Part shown: in pieces, positions 61,501 to 64,000 of the stretch | Layout of the letters: each line of letters opens with the position of its first letter | Position numbering within the stretch: the stretch's first letter is position 1 | Assembly: GCF_004010195.1 (NCBI RefSeq) | Contig: NC_057727.1 | Location: 63,327,243-63,391,242, forward strand | Direction: 5' to 3' | DNA length: 64,000 nt | Source of the DNA: Chiloscyllium plagiosum | Taxonomy: Eukaryota | The notes under the pieces: model-generated | Seen by the model: only the letters and a program-made list of their open reading frames with translations | Told to the model about the DNA's origin: nothing | The model's database searches: none | Program-made: the position numbers and the translations under genes

Positions 61501-63529
61501 CGCAGTTGACCATGGCCTATTCTGAACATAACTGTCCAGCCAAGCCTGGACAGTTGACAATTTCATTTGCTCACAGCACAACCCTGGGGATTACCAGTAA
61601 TTTCTAACTGGAGAAGATTCCAGGATAATATAGTACAGTCAGTGACTCAAAGGCACCATTGGCTCATGAGTGAGCACTCTCGGAGTGCCTCTGGGTGAAG
61701 GGGACAGAGCACTACACATACCTGAACTGTGTAATACATGGTATCATCAATCTGATGTGTCTTTCTCGCAGTGTGCAGGAAGAATTGATCCCTTGGCATG
61801 GAGGTGACAGTGATCCCTGTGATCTCATCGTCAATCACAACTACCTGGAATTCATTGATCTTGGTTCCTGGAAGACTGTTCTCGGGCACTGTCACAATGC
61901 TGACAAAATTTTCTATAACTGAACAGAGCAAGAAAACAGAAAAATCCCAACAATTTCAACAAGCGCTTCAGGAGGTTATCATGTATCGGTGAGCTTCAAC
62001 TCATTGGGAGCACTCTTGCCTTGTGATCTGGCTGCAATGTCAGGGGGTTCATCTTTCAGATGACATGTCACATTAAGACCCTGACTGCGCTTTCTGGTCA
62101 ATGTCAATGACCGTCCCATGGTCCTTTTCTGACGAAGACCAATGCGGTGATGCCCAGTGTCTCGCAAACATTTGTTGCCCTAATGAACAATCGGGTTCCT
62201 CAAAGGATAAGACACTGAAAGAGAGAATTGGGTAATCTGCACACAGCTGCTTGTGGGATCTTGCTGTGTATGCATTAGCTATTGTGAAATTTTCCATCGA
62301 AGAGAAGGTGAGTTCAAAACTGATATGAGGAGAAACGACTTCTCTCTGTGGGTTGTGAATCTGTGGGACTCACTGCCCCAATCTTCAGTGGAGGCAGAAT
62401 CAATCAATAGATTCAAGAAAGAAATGGATAAGGGAAGCATGATAAACGGCTATGGGGAGCAGGCAGGAGAGTGGAGTTGAGTCCAGGCTATCGTCCGGCT
62501 CCTATCCCCTATGTTCCCAACTCACCATTCCACAATGTCTCAAAGAGGCAGCAATCTACTCCATCCCTCAGTCTCCTTTTCAACCTCCCCCACTGTCCTC
62601 TTTCATTTCCTCCCTCTAACTCCAAATCTGTCCAACCTGAAAGCAAGTTACTTGTTAAAAGACTTACTGATTTCGCCTCCGTCACTGAAGTTATCTGAAA
62701 CAGAACATGAGAAACAGATCGCAATCAATCATCAGGACATTACAAAGAGCAGGGAGTGAGTGAGAGAATTTAAGTCCTTTAAAACCTCAGTGCAGTTTTT
62801 ATTCTGACCTGTTGAGTTTGGGAAAGAATGACACAGTTCTGAGGACAGACACTGTTACAAGTGCAGGGTTTAATAAAATGTGGAACCAGTGGGAACAGGC
62901 AGCTCTGTATTTTGGCGTTGTACATTATTAGGCCAACAGAAATAGATAGATAGATAGAGAGCGCGAGAGAGAGAAGGGATACACAAACGAAAGAAGAGAT
63001 ACACAAACTAATAGCAAGGCAAACAGTGACAAATATGGACTCACATACACACACTCACAAACACACAACATTCACAGTCAGATACATGCTCACACATTCA
63101 CACACTCTCCCAGACACATTCAGGCAGTCCCTCAGAGACACGCACACATGCACATACTGAGACTTACACACAGACCTCACATGTATAATTACACTTATGC
63201 ACAAAGACACACATACATGATCAACCAGACATGCTCACATATACAAACACAAACATGCGAAGAATAACGTAAATCCACATTTAAGCAGAGTCCCACATTT
63301 GCACAGGCACTTCAGCAGAATAAAGATGAACAATAACGAAGAGGATCAATAAATAGCTACCCAAGGAAGGTAGGATTCTTCTTCAGATATTCCATGTAAA
63401 CACAGAAGGTGTCACTGTAAGGAGTAATTCATCAATAACATGAGAAACAAGGAAGTAGACTGAGTATTTCAACTTACTCCTCACGACAAGAACTAGGGGA
63501 AGCAGCCTGAGGAATGATGGCAGCTCCAT
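1411..63529 (-). CDS. cdhr4: Cadherin-related family member 4-like gene, 14 coding exons in window, 3'-incomplete (continues left of base 1)
   Basis: Exons 63478-63529, 62668-62694, 61722-61918, 60989-61154, 52110-52198, 40075-40185, 28434-28537, 22570-22700, 13634-13814, 11973-12123, 9562-9664, 7600-7809, 5413-5558, 1411-1552 splice in frame at GT-AG sites (1810 nt). Cadherin motifs PEN, LDFE/LDYD, DVNDH, VNEFPP, ATDAD are present. Segments such as KCGVQFQTPG, VNEFPP..RTFSVPEN and NVNDVPPVCSPPF..TIY..YRIVGG resemble recalled human CDHR4 more than CDHR3; orthology was not searched. Confidence 0.85.
1797..3580. mobile_element. Composite Penelope-like insertion: family B inverted (1797-2320), family A inverted (2321-2757), A forward (2758-3533), B forward tail (3533-3580)
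   Basis: Perfect 12-bp TSD TGTCCTATATTG at 1785-1796 and 3581-3592. GIY-YIG endonuclease motifs (CKTC, VIYCIRC..C.LLYIGETG) on plus; RT thumb (LPFLD, FYKPTDSH) on minus. Confidence 0.85.
1846..1880 (-). ncRNA. Minimal hammerhead ribozyme-like motif (PLE family B)
   Basis: tac-CTGACGA-a-GGAGC-tgc-GCTCT-GAAAGC-TT-gta: core, stem II, palindromic stem III, 3-bp stem I. The triplet is CUU here, versus CUA in the 55431 copy. Confidence 0.55.
4265..5130 (-). mobile_element. Cluster of nested CR1 LINE fragments (3' tails at ~4265-4596 and ~4597-4862, ORF2 piece ~4880-5130)
   Basis: Reverse complements of CR1 3' UTR/C-terminal (FFTQRVV) and linker-RT region. Confidence 0.65.
5413..5558 (-). CDS. cdhr4: CDHR4-like exon 13, GQINTLFPLDFERIDTYTLTIQAVDMN...YTINVQ (146 nt)
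   Basis: tttttccag| acceptor, CAG|gtatga donor, LDFE and AVD motifs. Confidence 0.92.
6195..6800 (+). mobile_element. Degenerate CR1 LINE 3' portion
   Basis: LEVVQ-RFT, RGDL..YKILKG, FFTLRVVNLW-like segments. Confidence 0.65.
7066..7412 (+). mobile_element. Deu-domain SINE (SacSINE1-like), degenerate
   Basis: tRNA-like head (ggctcagt...ttctgagtca), central domain, ctgtgcaca...tttcctacatt tail. Related copies at ~400-480(-), ~1128-1265(-), ~12815-13095(-), ~40650-40790(+), ~61985-62295(+). Confidence 0.55.
7600..7809 (-). CDS. cdhr4: CDHR4-like exon 12, TVSMLVTVSQVNEFPPVFHGIRTFSVPENSP...ATDAD...HPYT (210 nt)
   Basis: tttgttttcag| acceptor, G|gttagt donor; within ORF 7595..7876. Confidence 0.92.
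8086..8209 (-). mobile_element. Short Penelope-like family A tail with hammerhead core, inserted into an older PLE-type tail (~8005-8250)
   Basis: 16-bp TSD CAGTTAATATTTTGAG at 8070-8085 and 8207-8222; minus strand begins CTGATGAAGGGCTCTGGCC. Confidence 0.8.
8245..9390 (+). mobile_element. Degenerate CR1 LINE fragment containing an internal 42-bp minisatellite
   Basis: RT remnants (QHGFVKG-like), C-terminal region and 3' UTR flank the tandem array. Confidence 0.6.
8787..9292. repeat. 42-bp minisatellite, about 12 units (GTGATATACAGTGAGGGCTGGGTTATTGTATATAATGAAGGT)
   Basis: Direct tandem periodicity; 14-aa periodicity in ORF 8821..9111. Confidence 0.9.
9562..9664 (-). CDS. cdhr4: CDHR4-like exon 11, LNESLDYDSSELAGLGFRYTAEIIVADTGTPPRT (103 nt)
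   Basis: ttgttcttgtag| acceptor, A|gtaagg donor, LDYD and VADTGTPP motifs. Confidence 0.92.
10561..11413 (+). mobile_element. Possible solo LTR
   Basis: TG...CA ends (tgtgg...catacca), internal AATAAA at ~11253, imperfect flanking ggac/ggat; weak. Confidence 0.3.
11973..12123 (-). CDS. cdhr4: CDHR4-like exon 10, TEIPETTPKESILFHLTCNDPDYSETGLSY...NNVM (151 nt)
   Basis: tctctccccag| acceptor, ATG|gtaaga donor, IPE and CxDPD motifs, phase 2 to 0. Confidence 0.9.
13325..13545. repeat. G-rich ~15-bp degenerate tandem repeat (ggggctgagggtctc)
   Basis: Repeated gggctg/gagggt motifs next to the exon 9 donor. Confidence 0.6.
13634..13814 (-). CDS. cdhr4: CDHR4-like exon 9, SGIIRTSSDLDLDQNP...VRDVNDHDPQCTPPIF (181 nt)
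   Basis: aattacag| acceptor, GT|gtaagt donor, DVNDH Ca-binding motif, phase 1 to 2. Confidence 0.92.
14493..15545 (+). mobile_element. CR1 LINE 3' ~1 kb (RT end, C-terminal domain, tail)
   Basis: SKFVDDTK, LQGDIDKL, N.EKCEVMHF, FFTQRVV..WN motifs. Confidence 0.85.
16470..16985 (-). mobile_element. CR1 LINE 3' fragment
   Basis: ORF 16728..16946 LFSLECRRLRGDLIEVYK. Confidence 0.8.
17391..17875 (+). mobile_element. Penelope-like family A 3' fragment (end of GIY-YIG ORF plus pLTR)
   Basis: VAQHFN..HS..DMQVLGL...LEEERLIF.LGTLQP.GMN.DF; hammerhead remnant at ~17783-17808. Confidence 0.85.
18272..18402 (+). mobile_element. Short Penelope-like family A tail
   Basis: Same tail as 8086-8209 and 60665-60788, ending cagcatctgcagacctcactttctcct. 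Confidence 0.8.
18273..18306 (+). ncRNA. Minimal hammerhead ribozyme-like motif (PLE family A), best-preserved copy
   Basis: CTGAAGA-a-GGGC-ttat-GCCC-GAAAC-GTC: intact core, stem II, palindromic ACGT stem III, GUC triplet ending at 18303. Confidence 0.65.
18424..19499. repeat. ~375-bp inverted repeat (arms ~18424-18797 and ~19117-19499, spacer ~320 bp)
   Basis: For example tctgagcatgtttaaaactgcttttctttca (~18746-18776) vs tgaaagaaaagcagttttaaacatgctcaga (~19137-19167); collinear over the arms with small indels. Confidence 0.92.
19508..19805 (-). mobile_element. HE1-type tRNA-derived V-SINE
   Basis: ggtggctcagtggttagcactgctgcctcacag head, V-domain, CR1-like tail ending gggaatctaatct. Confidence 0.9.
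20095..21400 (+). mobile_element. Degenerate CR1 LINE fragment with nested HE1 SINE
   Basis: PQGSVLGPLL motif at ~20150, C-terminal domain and 3' UTR. Confidence 0.7.
20827..21129 (-). mobile_element. HE1-type V-SINE
   Basis: A/B-box head (tggctcagtgg, ggttcgattcc), V-domain, tail. Confidence 0.9.
21410..21840. repeat. ~24-bp degenerate minisatellite (ccctgaacccaaactgatcccc..)
   Basis: Repeated ccctga/aactgat motifs. Confidence 0.8.
21947..22109 (+). mobile_element. Short Penelope-like tail with inverted 5' piece and hammerhead motif
   Basis: 15-bp TSD TATTCTGTACAGCTG at 21932-21946 and 22110-22124; CTGATGAAGGGCTTTTGCCTGAAACATC at ~21984. Confidence 0.85.
22570..22700 (-). CDS. cdhr4: CDHR4-like exon 8, SAPDTVSIRENQGPEYYVAQVTATGNNVHYHLTAYSPAFKIGE (131 nt)
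   Basis: tctcccctgcag| acceptor, G|gtgagt donor, IREN motif, phase 2 to 1. Confidence 0.9.
24538..24852 (+). mobile_element. HE1-type V-SINE
   Basis: gcacggtggctcagtggttagcactgc...gggaatctaatcta. Confidence 0.9.
25362..25447 (-). mobile_element. Penelope-like family A pLTR piece lacking terminal tail
   Basis: Minus strand gaagggctcttccccgaaacgtcgattctcc...; 8-bp direct repeat tttaaggc at 25354-25361 and 25451-25458. Confidence 0.75.
25850..26400 (+). mobile_element. Gypsy LTR retrotransposon 3' remnant (pol C-terminus, PPT, 3' LTR 26167-26400)
   Basis: Polypurine tract ggagggggagaga, then TGTAGTG...TTATTTCA LTR homologous to the LTRs at 42587 and 50717. Confidence 0.8.
26405..26560 (+). 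mobile_element. Older PLE-type pLTR fragment with decayed hammerhead-like motif
   Basis: Pyrimidine-rich pLTR then gaagagtcaccagtctcgaaacgtt; related to ~8005-8250. Confidence 0.5.
26565..27230. repeat. Compound CA/GA-rich minisatellite
   Basis: Recurrent cacacagggtacacacagagggaaca and cacatacagacaaaggaaca blocks. Confidence 0.9.
27285..28190 (+). mobile_element. Highly degenerate CR1 LINE fragment
   Basis: GVPQGSV.G-like motif at ~27535, LYKALVR, FFTQ.VV and 3' UTR. Confidence 0.6.
28434..28537 (-). CDS. cdhr4: CDHR4-like exon 7, KFELHITVTQNTEVICSGILRIIVTPVHYWTPIF (104 nt)
   Basis: aaatag| acceptor, AT|gtgagt donor, phase 0 to 2. Confidence 0.85.
28671..39830. repeat. 34-bp satellite array (CTCACTGTGTTAGAGCTGGGATCAGAGAGAGTGT)n, roughly 310 sequenced units
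   Basis: Obvious tandem periodicity filling the intron between exons 6 and 7. Confidence 0.97.
28739..29238. other. Assembly gap (500 N) inside the satellite
   Basis: Run of N of round length; true array length unknown. Confidence 0.99.
40075..40185 (-). CDS. cdhr4: CDHR4-like exon 6, YTIIDTVPASARDEFSVDPMGSITVPLRGFGRQAEER (111 nt)
   Basis: ctttattgcag| acceptor, AGG|gtgagg donor, cadherin Y.I...F.V...G.I pattern. Confidence 0.85.
40300..40550 (+). mobile_element. SINE/LINE 3' fragment with L2/CR1-type tail
   Basis: aaaacccatcaggttcattaat...caattagggatgagtaataaa...cattccatgaat resembles recalled shark non-LTR tails. Confidence 0.4.
42277..42523 (+). mobile_element. HE1-type V-SINE, 3' truncated
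   Basis: ttagcactgctgcctcacag, ggttcaattcc B box, V-domain. Confidence 0.88.
43657..47555 (+). mobile_element. Near-full-length CR1 LINE (SGNH-esterase ORF1; APE endonuclease + RT ORF2) nested in the Gypsy integrase
   Basis: VIGDSIVRG/CLPGA (ORF1); YFNARSIRNK, ISETWL, LDLVL, SDH (APE); YMDFSKAFDKV, LGPLLF.IFIND (RT); 3' tail. Stops and frameshifts present. Confidence 0.93.
45528..45797 (+). mobile_element. Second CR1 3' fragment nested inside the CR1 ORF2 linker
   Basis: TRGHSFKL, FFTQRVV..WN and tail interrupt host YIRNK|RM.RV.LGP; taaaa flanks both sides. Confidence 0.85.
52110..52198 (-). CDS. cdhr4: CDHR4-like exon 5, GVTVRVEETATPLSQIYTIVSAPSPATDFI (89 nt)
   Basis: cacatag| acceptor, |gtaagt donor, VxE start of EC2, phase 1 to 0. 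Confidence 0.85.
53150..54760 (-). mobile_element. PIF/Harbinger transposase remnants (N-terminal ~54480-54760, C-terminal ~53150-53390)
   Basis: Minus-strand RVY.P, VTEL.QL, HSLPVVVMVTAALN*.GSGSF and LQHSLNRVCCIILA resemble HARBI1-type transposase; very degenerate. Confidence 0.5.
53480..53920 (-). mobile_element. CR1 3' tail interrupted by a local duplication
   Basis: ORF 53731..53973 RRNVFTLRVVSLW. Confidence 0.7.
55075..55865 (+). mobile_element. CR1 LINE 3' fragment with nested PLE family B piece (55356-55517)
   Basis: LQLYKTL.R.HLEYCVQF, tail ctatgactctatga; nested piece has a 24-bp inverted repeat and a hammerhead remnant ctgataaagga..gctccaaaagcta. Confidence 0.85.
56120..57830. repeat. 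~30-35-bp variable minisatellite (tgacactgcctgtatttcacacacac..)
   Basis: Recurring gacactgcctgtatttca core separated by CA-rich spacers. Confidence 0.92.
58540..58825. repeat. 15/22-bp minisatellite (ctgactgaccaggcc, ctgactgaaggctgaccaggcc)
   Basis: Direct tandem periodicity. Confidence 0.85.
59556..60335 (-). mobile_element. CR1 LINE 3' fragment
   Basis: ORF 60014..60238 VKKAFGML.FI...LYRTLVR.LEY.VQFWSP. Confidence 0.85.
60612..60788 (+). mobile_element. Short Penelope-like family A tail with 50-bp inverted arms
   Basis: 14-bp TSD TGGAAAGTGTGATA at 60598-60611 and 60789-60802; CTGATGAAGGGC core in the loop. Confidence 0.85.
60989..61154 (-). CDS. cdhr4: CDHR4-like exon 4, IYLNDPVYLDFEWIPIYILTV...VQDVPDEKCGVQFQTPG (166 nt)
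   Basis: tgcttcag| acceptor, G|gtaaga donor, LDFE motif, phase 0 to 1. Confidence 0.9.
61722..61918 (-). CDS. cdhr4: CDHR4-like exon 3, EC1 N-half IENFVSIVTVPENSLPGT...YYTVQ (197 nt)
   Basis: ttcttgctctgttcag| acceptor, CAG|gtatgt donor, VPEN motif; overlaps ORF 61647..61931. Confidence 0.9.
62296..62515 (+). mobile_element. CR1 3' tail fragment
   Basis: MRRNDFSLWVVNLWDSLPQ..VEA..INRFKKE. Confidence 0.75.
62668..62694 (-). CDS. cdhr4: CDHR4-like exon 2, 27-nt microexon (N)NFSDGGEI(I), phase 1-1
   Basis: Acceptor gttctgtttcag|, donor A|gtaagt, keeps frame between exons 1 and 3. Confidence 0.65.
62940..63260. repeat. Low-complexity GA/CA-rich tract (another CA-rich tract at ~63690-64000)
   Basis: Composition. 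Confidence 0.7.
63478..63529 (-). CDS. cdhr4: CDHR4-like exon 1, signal peptide MELPSFLRLLPLVLVVR (52 nt, ends phase 1)
   Basis: ATG in strong Kozak context (agaATGG), hydrophobic stretch FLRLLPLVLVV, donor A|gtaagt. Confidence 0.8.
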
Positions 63530-63674
63530 TCTGTGAGACCTTGATGGAAAGTCTCTCACCAAGTCAGATTCTTCTGTCACTGGGTATCACCCTGGTCACT
63601 CTAAGTTCTCCCTCTGCCTCAACCCACCCTTGAATGGCTAATAAAGTGCTAGGTAGAGCTACAAGGTGTCAGGA

Positions 63675-63685
63675 CCTAGCAACAG
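63675..63685. promoter_or_regulatory. Candidate RFX (X-box half-site) CCTAGCAACAG about 150 bp upstream of the ATG
   Basis: Sequence match only; position fits a promoter of a ciliated-cell gene. Confidence 0.3.
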
Positions 63686-64000
63686 AGAAACAGAGGCTGT
63701 CCCACCCACAAAACATAGAAACACAGACTGTCTGACCCACACAACACAAAAACACAGGCTAACACACAAAAAGAACACAAAAATACAATTTAACTCAACC
63801 ATACAACACAGAAACATAGGCTAACTCACTCAAACAATATAAAAACACAGACTAAAATACTAAACACAGAAATACACACTGTCAAGCACACAACAGAGAA
63901 AAACAACACAACCCAGAAACAGAGGGTGTCTCACTCACATCACACAGGAGCACAGACTGTCCAACTTGCACAACTCAGAAACACAGGCAGACTTAACCAC

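Noticed and set aside
63530-63580. N-terminal extension from an upstream GTG in the ORF track
   Set aside because: Non-ATG start; the ATG at 63529 has a strong Kozak context and directly precedes the hydrophobic signal.

Overview
Eukaryotic, intron-rich vertebrate DNA, very probably an elasmobranch (shark), inferred from HE1-type V-SINEs, Deu-domain SINEs and abundant CR1 LINEs. Almost the whole window is one minus-strand gene for a cadherin-related protein, best matching CDHR4. I assembled by hand 14 coding exons from the ATG at 63529 down to 1411: 1810 nt, 603 codons + 1 nt, all GT-AG, all phases compatible, no stops. They encode a signal peptide and cadherin repeats EC1 to part of EC6; the rest lies left of the window. 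The introns hold an ~11 kb 34-bp satellite with a 500-N gap, a decayed Gypsy LTR element carrying a nested near-full-length CR1, about 20 CR1 fragments, SINEs, a Harbinger transposase remnant, minisatellites, and many Penelope-like (PLE) pieces with minimal hammerhead-ribozyme motifs. There is no prokaryote-type system and no CRISPR array. Most notable: a TSD-bounded, doubly inverted chimera of two PLE families; locally templated insertions inside CR1 tails, one forming a ~375-bp inverted repeat; a satellite whose sense unit resembles branch point + pyrimidine tract + acceptor + donor; and a 27-nt microexon after the signal-peptide exon. Repeat boundaries are approximate. Family and gene names come from recalled motifs, not database searches.
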